Shown: positions 9,613 through 20,063, numbered from the stretch's first letter. The stretch is DNA of 64,000 nt from a virus (IMGVR_UViG_3300028115_000009:1-64000); one strand, 5' to 3'. Numbers and translations are program-made. Notes: generated by a model not told the origin, from the letters alone.

Positions 9613-10620
9613 TTACTGACCTTGACGTGCGCGGATCATTGCTAGAATGTCTTGTGCGCCGCCGGCTGCTGGTGCTGCTGCTGGAGCAGATTCTGCCGCT
9701 ACTTCTTCGTTAGACTTAAAAGGAACGTCATCTTCTACTGCTGGAGCAGGTGCTGCTTGTGCTACTGGAGCACTTTGACTCACAGCAGTTGCGCCTGCGC
9801 TTGCTGCTACTTGCGGATCACCAGTACGAGCTGCCATACCGCTTGGACGGAAGTATTGACTCCAGCGATCTGCATCATATGCTTCACCGTCTACTGACGC
9901 TTCAAACATTTCTTTGATCACTTTAAGTGCAACTTCATCTGGCTTCTTAGGAAGGAAGTCATTCATGTTGTACAAGCCATGTGTGTTAATTGCTTGCATT
10001 TCTGCATCACTCAGTGGACGCTCACGACGTGCCCAATTGCTTGTGCCGTAGTCTGCGTAGCCACCTTTAGATGTCTTGTTAAGACGGAAGTCAACACCAG
10101 CAGTGTAATCTGTTGGCAATTCTTCCATATCTGGATCCATCAAAGCTGCTTTGATGATCTGGAATACTTGAGGACCAATAATGAATCGACGAATTGGATT
10201 CTCTGGCTTTTCTTCTTGTAACGGATTGTCAGTTACAAAACCTTGGAAAATGTATGAACGCTTTTTCCAGTACTTACGACCCATATCTTCCAATGAAGGA
10301 TCTTTAAACCAACCACGTACTTCTGAAAGGATTGGGCAAGACTCTCCGTACATTTCCATACATGGAACTTGTACTTGTACAGGGCGTGAATCAGTTTCAC
10401 CTTTAATACCTGCAAATGGAAGTTTGATAATCAAACGCTCTTTCCAGAAGAAAGTGTTTTCAGTATCGCCATCTGGAAGGAAACGCATCGTTGCTGATTC
10501 GCCTTCTTTAATATTCCAAAATGGGTAAATTGCGTTGTCGCCGCCGGACGATTGTCCGTTGCCGCCTGTGCGGGCTTCTTGTTCTTTGAGCTTTGCTCGG
10601 ATTTCTGCTAATGATGCCAT
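9613..10620 (-). CDS. gp32: T4 gp32-like single-stranded DNA-binding protein
   Basis: MRFLPDGD, CPILSE..W, YWKKRSY, DFRLNKTSKGGYADY and an Ala/acidic tail; upstream of uvsX. Confidence 0.88.
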   Translation of the reverse strand: MASLAEIRAKLKEQEARTGGNGQSSGGDNAIYPFWNIKEGESATMRFLPDGDTENTFFWKERLIIKLPFAGIKGETDSRPVQVQVPCMEMYGESCPILSEVRGWFKDPSLEDMGRKYWKKRSYIFQGFVTDNPLQEEKPENPIRRFIIGPQVFQIIKAALMDPDMEELPTDYTAGVDFRLNKTSKGGYADYGTSNWARRERPLSDAEMQAINTHGLYNMNDFLPKKPDEVALKVIKEMFEASVDGEAYDADRWSQYFRPSGMAARTGDPQVAASAGATAVSQSAPVAQAAPAPAVEDDVPFKSNEEVAAESAPAAAPAAGGAQDILAMIRARQGQ

Positions 10621-10701
10621 AGTATATGCCTCCTAAAATGTTATGCCTATGTGCAGTAGCGTTATTGCTACTAGTGCCTTTAAGTGTATAGCACAGTATT
10701 A

Positions 10702-10730
10702 AGTATACTGCAAACTATACAAAGTGTCAA
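10702..10730 (-). promoter_or_regulatory. Sigma70-type early promoter for gp32-uvsX-uvsY
   Basis: TTGACA (10730-10725), 17-nt spacer, TATACT (10707-10702). Confidence 0.8.
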
Positions 10731-10796
10731 GTCTTTTCTTGAAAAAACTTAGAAAATCAACTAGGTATTTCAACCTAGTAAATTATTTATGCCTTT

Positions 10797-13106
10797 TTAT
10801 AGTCCAGCTAATTTTTTAATACTTGTTAAGTCTTCCGATTCTCTTCTTAGAGCTCTTAGTGGTGCATCATCATACGTACTACCTGTATTGCCTTGGCGTC
10901 TAGTTTGACGTGGCAAGCTAAATCCTTTCCCGTCATCTTTCTCTGCGCCTGCTTTCTTGCCCTTCATCAACTCGGATGGTGTAGGTGATCCTGCTGCTTT
11001 CCATGCATTGATATTTGGTGTACCATCTGGATTAAAAAACTGAGGAGCAAGTTTCATCATTTCTGCTCTATGCTCTTTTTCTGCTCGAGCATTTCTAGCG
11101 TCTTGATCTTTCCAACGTTTTTGATTTCTTGTTGCTAAGTCTGCATTAAACTCTTTACGTTTTGCTGCTAAATCTGACGGGCGTCTAATACCATATTTTT
11201 TAGCTAACAAATTTCTACGCATCTCTTGTTCACTACTAAACGAAGTCATGCCCATAAGTGCTTCTAATTCGTCAAACTCGTTTTTATAATCATCATTGTA
11301 TGTACCGTTATTTGAATAACTAGGACGTCTATAACTAGCATCACGCTCCGGGTCACGACCAGGTCGATAATTAACACGCACATCATCGATACCGCCCTCG
11401 TCTATTTCCTCGTCTTGTTCAACTGTTGGTTCCATTACGGTTCCTGTCTCTTCAAATCCAAAATCGTCAACTATCGGATTGCTTTGAACATTTAATTCTT
11501 CATACTTTGCATTGATTGCTTCGATGAATGCCTTCGCTGGAGTAATATACTGTTCGCCATAGTCTTTTTCTACTGCTGTTAATATTGCTGTTTCACCTTT
11601 TGGAAACTGTCCAGTTTCACGATCAAACATACTAAGAACAAATTCAGTAACTGGAGTCTTTTGTTCTTCCACAGCCTTTTCTTCTTCAACTTCGCTATCC
11701 TTAGATTCAGCAAACTGACCCATTAGCTCATCAAAACTATCTTCTAGTTGTGATTCATAGCTTTTAAAACCACCTGGAGGTAAGCCACGTGTTCCGCCAC
11801 TTTGCATATCGCCCATGAAGTAACCAATTTCTAGTTTCTGACCCGGCTTTAATGATCTTGGATCAGTGATGCCGTTTAATTCTAAAATATCTTTTGCACC
11901 CGCTTTAGTATCACCGTCATAGTTGCTATCAGCAAATCTATCAGCGATTGACCAAATTGTGTCACCTGGCTTAACTACATATGAATCAGCAGGTTGTGTG
12001 TTACCTAAATCTGACGGACGAGCTTTTGGACGAGGACTTGTTGCAGGTGCGCTTGCGCCATCAACATCTTGTGGAATTTCCATACCGTCTTGATAAATGC
12101 CGCCGTCTTCTTCACCTAGTAAATCAGCAGCAGTTAGCTCTTTAGCTTTAGTTGCTTCACTTACTAATTTGTAAATGTATGGGAACACATCTGATAATTC
12201 TTCATTAAACTGTTTAATAGTTAACTGGTCGATCCAATTTTCTTTTACATCTGCAGGAACATCTTCCATTACTGCTGCTTCAAATGAACCAATTGCTTCT
12301 GCATAATAGCTAGGCTTCTGAAGGCTTTCAATTGTCTTTTTAACTGATTTAATACGGTCATTTACAACGTCAGTGTATCCAGCTAAACTTTCTGCCATTA
12401 CAGCACTGCGGCCCATGTAATTCTTGAACTTGCGGAGTTTGTTCATTTCTTCACTTAGACTAACAATATGTGTACCAAACTCATCAAATGGTTTGCCACC
12501 TTCTGCAACGTGACGTGCCATTGCTCTTGCACCACTTAGGTGTTTGAATGGATACATGAATCGTTCGCCGTCTGCGCTCTCAATGTATATCTTTCCAATG
12601 CTGCGTGTGCGTCCGCCTGCAATTTCTGTGTTAACGCTTTCAGTGTGCTTAACAACTAGCCTTGCGCCATCTACCTTTTGATAGCTTACACGGTTCGTTC
12701 CGTACATCTTTGATTCACTCATTGTTTCTTCTCCGCGATTTTGTGCTAAAAATTTATAATCTCTTTTGTCAAGATTAGACTTGTTGATGTTACGTGTATC
12801 AAATGTCATTAATCGTTTCTTGCTAAACTGTCTCATTTCCTTTAAGAAATTGTACCAATTCTCTTTTGTAACGTCATCTTGTTCTGATACAAAACTATCA
12901 CTGTACATAATTTCGACGCTGTTTTCGCCTAAACTTACACTTACTTTTCCTAAGTTTATATCACCTTCTTTGTAATCAAAATCAAAGAATCGTGCATCTG
13001 TAGGAACGTTGGTAACTTTGCCTTCAGCATCACCTAAGGTAACACTTGGAAAACGTCCACGTATCTTATTAAAAAGTTCTTCTGCTATTAGATCTAAATT
13101 TTTCAT
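10797..13106 (-). CDS. Putative virion/head-associated protein with an internal LysM domain
   Basis: LysM YVVKPGDTIWSIADRF...ILELNGITDPRSLKPGQKLEI at about 11827-11982; acidic; ends in IKKLAGL; late-type motif upstream; follows the terminase. Confidence 0.65.
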   Translation of the reverse strand: MKNLDLIAEELFNKIRGRFPSVTLGDAEGKVTNVPTDARFFDFDYKEGDINLGKVSVSLGENSVEIMYSDSFVSEQDDVTKENWYNFLKEMRQFSKKRLMTFDTRNINKSNLDKRDYKFLAQNRGEETMSESKMYGTNRVSYQKVDGARLVVKHTESVNTEIAGGRTRSIGKIYIESADGERFMYPFKHLSGARAMARHVAEGGKPFDEFGTHIVSLSEEMNKLRKFKNYMGRSAVMAESLAGYTDVVNDRIKSVKKTIESLQKPSYYAEAIGSFEAAVMEDVPADVKENWIDQLTIKQFNEELSDVFPYIYKLVSEATKAKELTAADLLGEEDGGIYQDGMEIPQDVDGASAPATSPRPKARPSDLGNTQPADSYVVKPGDTIWSIADRFADSNYDGDTKAGAKDILELNGITDPRSLKPGQKLEIGYFMGDMQSGGTRGLPPGGFKSYESQLEDSFDELMGQFAESKDSEVEEEKAVEEQKTPVTEFVLSMFDRETGQFPKGETAILTAVEKDYGEQYITPAKAFIEAINAKYEELNVQSNPIVDDFGFEETGTVMEPTVEQDEEIDEGGIDDVRVNYRPGRDPERDASYRRPSYSNNGTYNDDYKNEFDELEALMGMTSFSSEQEMRRNLLAKKYGIRRPSDLAAKRKEFNADLATRNQKRWKDQDARNARAEKEHRAEMMKLAPQFFNPDGTPNINAWKAAGSPTPSELMKGKKAGAEKDDGKGFSLPRQTRRQGNTGSTYDDAPLRALRRESEDLTSIKKLAGL

Positions 13107-13119
13107 TATAATATATTTA

Positions 13120-14700
13120 TCAATAGTTTGTGCTAATGAAGATCGGCATTGGTGCTTCGTAATCTTCTATATTTTCGGCTTGCGTAAATGTATTGTAGAT
13201 TCTTGGATCCCAATCTTTTAATACTGCCATCATTCTTAATGCAAGTAATGTAGCACTTATTAAATCATCTGACTGGCCTAGTTTTGCTTGGTAACTAGAT
13301 CCTGTTGCTACATAGTTTTTAAGCTCTGATATAAATGGCTTACTGTGTATAATCATTTTATCATTTTCAAGCATAGTTTTAAGTCTACTACAGGCAGTAA
13401 TTTTGCTGCCGTGCGTAGTATTGAAACCTTTACGGAATTTCCTGACGTGTCCTTTTCTAATTGGTTCGCTCACAAATAGACCTGGAATATTCTCTTCACC
13501 GAAATCGTTTATAACGAGAAGTGCTGCTTCGCCGATACCGTTGTTTTCAACACTCCAGTAAATTCCGTTCTGGTTTCCTGTTTCCTGCGCAAGATACTTA
13601 CAGATATCTGCAAGCACTCTTATCTGCCCGGGAATAGCAGTCTGATTATGTTGCCACTCTGCAACTTGTTCGTAACTTGGTAATTCAAATACTTGTATAG
13701 CAGCATTATCGCCGCCTGTTCCCATACTAGGATCAAGTGCTACTGCATATGTGTATTCCGAAGTTGGCTTTTTATACCAACGTGTTTGGCCCATATTAAC
13801 TAATGGTGTGTCACCTGCCATAACAGCAAGTTTAATACTGCTAATTAGCGTTTCGTCAAATACTAGGAATTCACAATCATATTCACGACGGAAACGTTCT
13901 TCACCAATGCGGCCAAGTTCTTCTTGTTTCCATTGTTCGTCGCGATCTGGATGTTCTGTCCAATAACTACGGAAACTATGGAAACCATTAATTCCTACTT
14001 CTTGTTCGTTACCGTGTTCATCAAACTTATCTTCTGCTTGTTTCCAAATAGTAGCAAATGTGTCTTCGTCACTGTTTGGTGTGCTTGTAAGAATTGCACG
14101 ACCACCAGTTGCTAGTGTAGGAGATATTGAAGTCCAAAAGTCTGTAGCTACGTTAGGCTGTACAAACGCAAACTCGTCACAGTATAGTAGTGATATAGAC
14201 ATACCACGTCCTGTATTACCAGTTGTAGTAGCACTAACAATACGACTTCCATTTTCAAATTCAATTGAGCCTTTGTTGTAGTTTGTAACACCTGCTCTAA
14301 TATGATCTGGACACAATTCGTAAATATAACGAATACGTTGCATAATCTCTTGCGCACCTGTATACTTGTGTGCAGCAATAAGAATAGTTTGATCCGGATT
14401 AAACATTGCGTACCATGCTAGATAAACAGCAGCACAAGTAGTCTTGCCTGTTTGTCTAGGCAACATGTTGATGTTAAAGCGGAAATTGTGATAACTTTTT
14501 AGCAAGCGTTCTTGATATTCAAATGGATCAAATAACAACTTACCTTTTACTGGATGTTGTATGTAAGCAAACTTTCGTGCAAAGTACATATACCCATCAA
14601 GAGGATCCATACACTTCATGAGGTCAGCAATCTGCGCCTCGGTAAATGTTTCCTTCTTATTTGCTTTCTTAATTAATACGCCGTCTAATGCTTTTGCCAT
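13120..14700 (-). CDS. gp17: Terminase large subunit (T4 gp17-like)
   Basis: PRQTGKTT Walker A, LLYCDEFAFV Walker B, TSTPN, ALDPSMG nuclease, VENN and DDLISA. Confidence 0.95.
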   Translation of the reverse strand: MAKALDGVLIKKANKKETFTEAQIADLMKCMDPLDGYMYFARKFAYIQHPVKGKLLFDPFEYQERLLKSYHNFRFNINMLPRQTGKTTCAAVYLAWYAMFNPDQTILIAAHKYTGAQEIMQRIRYIYELCPDHIRAGVTNYNKGSIEFENGSRIVSATTTGNTGRGMSISLLYCDEFAFVQPNVATDFWTSISPTLATGGRAILTSTPNSDEDTFATIWKQAEDKFDEHGNEQEVGINGFHSFRSYWTEHPDRDEQWKQEELGRIGEERFRREYDCEFLVFDETLISSIKLAVMAGDTPLVNMGQTRWYKKPTSEYTYAVALDPSMGTGGDNAAIQVFELPSYEQVAEWQHNQTAIPGQIRVLADICKYLAQETGNQNGIYWSVENNGIGEAALLVINDFGEENIPGLFVSEPIRKGHVRKFRKGFNTTHGSKITACSRLKTMLENDKMIIHSKPFISELKNYVATGSSYQAKLGQSDDLISATLLALRMMAVLKDWDPRIYNTFTQAENIEDYEAPMPIFISTNY

Positions 14701-14714
14701 ACTACTATTTACTC

Positions 14715-14741
14715 AAAAAAATAGCGTCCGAAGACGCTATT
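14715..14741 (-). terminator. Rho-independent terminator with cUUCGg tetraloop
   Basis: AATAGCGTC-TTCG-GACGCTATT followed by a T-run on the minus strand. Confidence 0.85.
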
Positions 14742-14762
14742 GAGTTAGCCTCTTTACGGGCT

Positions 14763-16892
14763 TTAGTTTTTCTTAGCAAGCGCTTCTTCAAGTGCTTTGC
14801 GTAAGTCTGATTTAATAGCTTCAACTGCCATTGCATTGTCACCGTCTTGTGCTTTAGCATATGCTTTCTTAGAACGATTAATACCACCTGACAAGTCTTG
14901 TGTCATATAGTTGTGATCTTTATATTCTTCTTCTGGAGTATTATCCCATTCAGCAACAACTTCGTCATACTCTGAAGTGTCTTCAACTGCTTCTTCGCTT
15001 GCTAATTGCATCATGTGAATCATATCGTCGTGATCGTTTGATGGACCTACGTGCATATCTGCAACTGGAGCAGCTTGCTTTGCACCTGCCAATTGCATCA
15101 TGCGAAGCAATTCTTGTACATGTTGCTCGCCACTTGCATTAAGTGTTACATTCATTGATACCGGAGTACCTTGTTGTTGAGGCATAGAAGGCATAGGACC
15201 ACACTCATCTAAGTTTGTATTCTCTGTTAAATTGTTTTTCATACTAAAGTCCTTGCTTGCGTTTTGTTTCGTCTTATTGCCACCGAATAAATTCCTAATT
15301 GAATTCCAGTTTTTATCACCTTGTGCCTTACGTGCATCAATAGCCTTTTGTGCTTGAGCGTCACCTGGAAACGGTTTTCCTTGCATGTTCTGATCCCACC
15401 ATATTTGGTTATCGGAACGTGCTCTTACTGGAGTACCGTCACCTGATTTTATAACATTACCACTGCCGTCTCGCCATACCTTTTGCTCTGGTTCAGGCTT
15501 TGGCTGTGCTGGTACTTTGATGTCTCTCATTGCTGTAGGGTCTTGACTTCCACCAAAAGCACCAAGTGCTTTTGCATCTGCATCGGCTTGTACTTTTTTG
15601 TTTAGTGCTTCTTGATCTCTTGCTTGCTTTGCAAAGTCTGGCTGTGCCGGCTTGCCTGCATCTGCATTTGCAGGAGTTGGATTTCCAGATCCTGTAGTCG
15701 GCGCTGCTGATACTGGTTCAACTTTATTATTAGGTGTCTTAGCTTGATCTAACGGCTTCGGCGAAGTTGACGGTGTCGGAGCTCCTGAACCAGTTTGTGG
15801 TCCTGAGGCTGCAACTGCTGCTTCTGCTCTTGACAATAATTCTTTATTAAAATTAGGATTGCCTTTGTGTTTAGTAATTAATGATTTTAATTCTTCTACT
15901 TCTGCTGGTTCTAACTTTGCTTCTAATAATTTACCTTCAGTAATAGCAATTAAATGTCTAAAATCAATACTTGCATTTTGTTGTTCAGGTGCAGCTAATT
16001 TATCAAGTAACTGAGTAATTCGTGCTTCGTCAGTTGCAGTTGCTTGTTGTACTGCTGCTTGCGCTGCTGCTTCATCGCCTGCACCAGATTGTGCTGCTGG
16101 CTGCTGTGCTGCTGGAACTTCGGCTCCTACTCCAGGATCTGCTGCCGGTGCTGCTGCGCCGCCTAATTTTTCTATCATCTTCTTGATAGTATTTGGACCA
16201 ACTTGTCCGTCAACGGTTAGGCCGTTTGCCTTTTGAAATTCTTGTACTGCTTTAAATGTTCCAGGACCATATTTTCCATCTAATCCGTTTGGATCATGAC
16301 CTAAACGTGATAGTGCAGTTTGAACATCTTTAACTTGTGCCATAGGCTTCTTGCCACCGGTATTATAATCTTTCATCAAGTTAGCTGATTTAATTTGTCC
16401 TAATTTAGCAGGCAATCCGCTAGTTTGCTGACCTGGCTGCGCAGGTGCTGCTGGACGTCCACCTTGTGCTGACATAGGAGTTGGACTACCTGATGTATTT
16501 GTGTCTGGTTCTGCTGTAGTTGCAGGTGCTTCATCTGGATTATTTCCTGCTGGTTGTGTAGGTGCTGCTGTTGTTGCATCTGCTTCATCTGGATTATTTC
16601 CTGCTGGTTGTTCTGGCGCAGTATCAGCTGCTGGTGCTACTGGCTTTGCAGGTGTGGCTGTAGTTGCAGGTGCTTCGTCTGGATTATTTCCTGCTGGTTG
16701 TGCAGGTGCAGTATCAGTAGTCGGTGCTACTGGTTTTGCTGGTGCATTAGAATCTACTTCTGGTGCTACTTCTGCTGCTGCATCTACTGCTGCCTTAGCT
16801 TGGTCGTCGTTCCATCCAAACGTGTCTCTTAACTTTTTCGCATCAGCTTCTGCATCTTCGACTAGATTAATTAATTTTCTAAAATCATTCAC
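14763..16892 (-). CDS. Low-complexity Pro/Ala-rich putative head/internal protein with a peptidoglycan-binding domain
   Basis: PG_binding_1-like VKDVQTALSRLG..DGKYGPGTFKAVQEFQKANGLTVDGQVGPNT at about 16176-16334; QPAGNNPDEA repeats. Confidence 0.7.
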   Translation of the reverse strand: MNDFRKLINLVEDAEADAKKLRDTFGWNDDQAKAAVDAAAEVAPEVDSNAPAKPVAPTTDTAPAQPAGNNPDEAPATTATPAKPVAPAADTAPEQPAGNNPDEADATTAAPTQPAGNNPDEAPATTAEPDTNTSGSPTPMSAQGGRPAAPAQPGQQTSGLPAKLGQIKSANLMKDYNTGGKKPMAQVKDVQTALSRLGHDPNGLDGKYGPGTFKAVQEFQKANGLTVDGQVGPNTIKKMIEKLGGAAAPAADPGVGAEVPAAQQPAAQSGAGDEAAAQAAVQQATATDEARITQLLDKLAAPEQQNASIDFRHLIAITEGKLLEAKLEPAEVEELKSLITKHKGNPNFNKELLSRAEAAVAASGPQTGSGAPTPSTSPKPLDQAKTPNNKVEPVSAAPTTGSGNPTPANADAGKPAQPDFAKQARDQEALNKKVQADADAKALGAFGGSQDPTAMRDIKVPAQPKPEPEQKVWRDGSGNVIKSGDGTPVRARSDNQIWWDQNMQGKPFPGDAQAQKAIDARKAQGDKNWNSIRNLFGGNKTKQNASKDFSMKNNLTENTNLDECGPMPSMPQQQGTPVSMNVTLNASGEQHVQELLRMMQLAGAKQAAPVADMHVGPSNDHDDMIHMMQLASEEAVEDTSEYDEVVAEWDNTPEEEYKDHNYMTQDLSGGINRSKKAYAKAQDGDNAMAVEAIKSDLRKALEEALAKKN
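16525..16745 (-). repeat. Intragenic tandem repeats (QPAGNNPDEA x3; PAKPVAPxxDTAP x2)
   Basis: GCTTC(A/G)TCTGGATTATTTCCTGCTGGTTG recurs near 16528, 16582 and 16672. Confidence 0.85.
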
Positions 16893-17410
16893 GCTACTTC
16901 TCCTTTAGGTGCTCCTGCCATAGGATCAATTTCGCGCTCTTTACGGGCTACTTCAAGTTCCTTTAACAAACTCATAATACGATCTGAACCAACTGCTTCC
17001 TGTGCGCTTTCGCCGCCCATGTCTTCGGTTGCTAAAAGTGCTTCATATGGCTTTTCATCTTTATTTGCTTCGTCTTGCTGAACTTCAATTGGTTCGCCTT
17101 CTGCACGTACAATAAGTTGATCATGTGTAATACTGCAATTGTCAACTAGGTATTGTGCAAGTACTTGACTGGTTGCAGGATACTTTAATTCTACATCGTA
17201 GTGCGTAACTTCCATATTTTGTAATTTTGGAAAGTCTAATGGTCTTTCGCTGATAGGTGTAGTTTTACCTGCGCTAAGTTTTACTACTTCGTACTTAGAT
17301 AAGTTAGACTTCATACGTTCTGCAAAACCTTCCGGTAATTCGCCTGCTACGCGGACTTTAAATTTGTAAGTCTTTGCAGATTCTGTTAAAAATTCTTTAA
17401 ATGATTTCAT
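16889..17410 (-). CDS. Hypothetical protein with a T4 internal-protein-like N-terminus
   Basis: Starts MKSFKEFLTES (compare the T4 capsid targeting sequence MKTYQEFIAE); late motif at 17433-17438. Confidence 0.6.
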   Translation of the reverse strand: MKSFKEFLTESAKTYKFKVRVAGELPEGFAERMKSNLSKYEVVKLSAGKTTPISERPLDFPKLQNMEVTHYDVELKYPATSQVLAQYLVDNCSITHDQLIVRAEGEPIEVQQDEANKDEKPYEALLATEDMGGESAQEAVGSDRIMSLLKELEVARKEREIDPMAGAPKGEVA

Positions 17411-17431
17411 GACATGGGTTCCCTGTTGTTA

Positions 17432-17935
17432 TTATTTATCCATGTTTTTAAGTTTTTCAAGTAAACTGTTACGGTCTGATACTACATATCCGTCGCCGTT
17501 TACTATGTCGCCATCTGGATTTGAATTGGCTTTCTGATCGATTGCTTGCTTTTTAAGTTGCAATTCAACCATTTTTAATTTTTTATCTAGTTTAGCAACC
17601 TTGGCATCTAAACTGGTTTTAAGCATGCCGCCTGCAACTTCAAACACTCTACTAGCATAACGACTTTCTACATTCATACCTAAGTCCATTAAGTCTTCGT
17701 ATGAAGCTAATGCTTTCTCGGCAATGTCGTTGAGTTCATCGTCAGCCATGTCACCTAAGCCTTTTACTTTAGGTAATGCTGCTGTAATTTTGTCAAACTC
17801 TGCAATGTCGCGAAAAGTATCATGTTGTTCTACTACAGCAACTTTTGCTCTGCTCTTTTTTTCTTCTACCTTTGCATCATCTACAATTGTCTTAGATTCA
17901 GGCAAATTTAAAAGTTCTTCAAGTTTTTTCGTCAT
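17432..17935 (-). CDS. Probable terminase small subunit
   Basis: 167-aa helical protein with ASRVFEVAGGMLKTSLDAK, a coiled coil and a DRNSLLEKL end; located in the packaging block. Confidence 0.5.
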   Translation of the reverse strand: MTKKLEELLNLPESKTIVDDAKVEEKKSRAKVAVVEQHDTFRDIAEFDKITAALPKVKGLGDMADDELNDIAEKALASYEDLMDLGMNVESRYASRVFEVAGGMLKTSLDAKVAKLDKKLKMVELQLKKQAIDQKANSNPDGDIVNGDGYVVSDRNSLLEKLKNMDK

Positions 17936-17974
17936 GCAGGTATTGTTCCTTTATATACACACTTATTTAGCGTG

Positions 17975-18409
17975 TTAACGTCTACCGTTGTGAAAAATGT
18001 CGTGTTCAGTTACGATGCGGAATTTGATTTTGTTTTGCTTGCAATATGCATTTGCTGCTTCCCATTTAGCAGCATTAACTACACTGTGTAATTGATTGTG
18101 TCTACTACGTCCTGCTTCTTTCAAACTAGTTTGATTTGCAGGCTTAACTTCAATTAATTCTACGTGCTGTTTTCCAGTTGCATCAACATATGCCATAAAA
18201 AAGTCTGGCACATAAATTGTCATTTTGCCGGTTAATGGATTACGATAAGGAATGCGTATTGCTTCACTAGCCCATTGTGTAACACTTGGATGCTCATCGC
18301 AAAACTTCATAAATGCAAATTCCCACCCCGAACGATATGTTGGAACTTTACCACCTATATATTTTGCTGGGTTTTTAGGATTAAACTTACCTTGAGCAAA
18401 CCTAGCCAT
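17975..18409 (-). CDS. gp4: Head completion nuclease (T4 gp4-like, TnsA-like)
   Basis: GKFNPKNPAKY, YRSGWE, WASE, YVPDF, IEVKP, AKWEAA and FRIVTE. Confidence 0.9.
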   Translation of the reverse strand: MARFAQGKFNPKNPAKYIGGKVPTYRSGWEFAFMKFCDEHPSVTQWASEAIRIPYRNPLTGKMTIYVPDFFMAYVDATGKQHVELIEVKPANQTSLKEAGRSRHNQLHSVVNAAKWEAANAYCKQNKIKFRIVTEHDIFHNGRR

Positions 18410-18410
18410 A

Positions 18411-18779
18411 TTACACCGCTATGTTTCGTTTTTCCAAGGTAACTGTACTTGTAGTATTTTTAAATCCGAGAACACTAGTATTCAATCTATTGTAGTTTAG
18501 TACTTCAGCTACTACAGTACTTAATTTAGCTTCATCGAATCCTTTAAGAGTATCTAATAACACAAATACTTTAATACCATCTAGTTTAGCTTGTTGCAAT
18601 AAAATAGATCCAGTACTAATAGCTGCTGTTCTTTCAAACCCTCTTTTTTCAAAGAATGCAATTACTGCATCAACTTCGTTAGACGCAAATTCTAATTTTG
18701 CTGTAAAATACTTGTCAAAGAATGCAGTTACACGCTTATCATTTGTTTGTGCAGGAGTTGGTAAACTACTGTTAATCAT
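18411..18779 (-). CDS. Hypothetical protein (structural block)
   Basis: 122-aa ORF abutting both neighbours. Confidence 0.65.
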   Translation of the reverse strand: MINSSLPTPAQTNDKRVTAFFDKYFTAKLEFASNEVDAVIAFFEKRGFERTAAISTGSILLQQAKLDGIKVFVLLDTLKGFDEAKLSTVVAEVLNYNRLNTSVLGFKNTTSTVTLEKRNIAV

Positions 18780-20063
18780 TTATAATCCTAATTGTTTGTC
18801 TAATGCAGCCATAGCACTTGGATTAGATCTAGTTGCTTCATACGCTGCTCTTCCTTCTGCTGCGGATCCGCCGCCTGCTGCTTGGAAATTTTTAATTGAT
18901 TGGCGTTGTCTTGCGCTATCTAGTGCTGCTGGATTATTTTTAAGGAAGCTAGGAGAGTTAGCTACAGCTGAAACAATTCCCACGCCAGCTGCTGCTATTA
19001 ATAAATCTTTTGCGCCTCCGCTTCCGCCACTTTTAGGAAAAAATGTTTGTGCTACGCCACTAACATTGATGCCGGTTGCTTTTCCAATAGCTCCTGTAAG
19101 GATATTAATACCTTCTTGACGTATGCCTTCTTTAGATAGGTTTCTAACATTACCGATTAGTTGCGCACCCTGTAAAATAGTAAGTAATGGGTTATTATAT
19201 GCTTCGCCGCTTGCAATAAACTCATACAAATCTACAGCACTCGAAATAGTACCGCCGAGTCCTAGTCTGCCGCCACCTTCAAGTGATATAGGACTCGGAG
19301 TAGTGTCATAATGGTCTTGTCCAAAGCCAATAGGTTCGCCTTGCGGGCCAGTAGTAATACTATTTTGATTATAGAACACAGCTTCGTATGCTACTTGTAT
19401 ACTATTACTCATAGTGCCTTGGCCATCACTATTATCAACGTTGTCGTGGCTCCAACTCATTAATATAGGATTAACAAGTGTATAAGTTGTATATTCGCCT
19501 CTTGTTAGAGTGCTTATTTTAATACTTTTAAAGAATGGCACACCTGGGTTATTTACATCCATACCAAACTTGTAATTGTTTCGTGATTCTCCTTCATATG
19601 TACTATGAGGATTAACAGCATATGCTCTACCTGAATCCTTTTGCTGATTACCATCAGCAAAATAATATCTATAATATGCTTGTAATAGTGCAGTAGTTAT
19701 ACCTTCATTATCATCATGCAATTCTATATTAACAGGCTCGTAAGTAATTGCCGTTTGAATATTTTTTACTCTGTTATATTTTTTCTTTGTTTCTATTTGA
19801 GCACTAAACTTAGGCAAGTCTGCACGTTTTACTAACATGCCTATTTCATTTAGTGTTGATCCAGAAAATAGTTTTGGAGCAATACCTTTTGCTACATCTG
19901 AAACTTCAAACTGTACATGATATAAAAACTTAGTCTTAGGCGCAAGGGCCATATCTCTATCAGTGTAAAGTCGTGCGGCATGCTGCCAATCAGCAAGATT
20001 GCCTTTTGGACTTAATATGCCATTTGCTACTGAATCTAATAAACCGTTAAACTTATTTGCCAT
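18780..20063 (-). CDS. Tail tube-like baseplate/tube initiator protein (gp48/gp54-like)
   Basis: Tube-fold segment LVKRADLPKF..YEPVNIELHDD..YTLVNP..IQVAYE; directly downstream of the tail tube gene. Confidence 0.6.
   Translation of the reverse strand: MANKFNGLLDSVANGILSPKGNLADWQHAARLYTDRDMALAPKTKFLYHVQFEVSDVAKGIAPKLFSGSTLNEIGMLVKRADLPKFSAQIETKKKYNRVKNIQTAITYEPVNIELHDDNEGITTALLQAYYRYYFADGNQQKDSGRAYAVNPHSTYEGESRNNYKFGMDVNNPGVPFFKSIKISTLTRGEYTTYTLVNPILMSWSHDNVDNSDGQGTMSNSIQVAYEAVFYNQNSITTGPQGEPIGFGQDHYDTTPSPISLEGGGRLGLGGTISSAVDLYEFIASGEAYNNPLLTILQGAQLIGNVRNLSKEGIRQEGINILTGAIGKATGINVSGVAQTFFPKSGGSGGAKDLLIAAAGVGIVSAVANSPSFLKNNPAALDSARQRQSIKNFQAAGGGSAAEGRAAYEATRSNPSAMAALDKQLGL

Noticed and set aside
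16400-16908. Cys-rich and Ala-rich antisense ORFs over the QPAGNNPDEA repeats; possible CRISPR-like repeat
   Set aside because: The repeats are in-frame coding units with related, unequal spacers, and no cas genes are present; the ORFs are antisense shadows.
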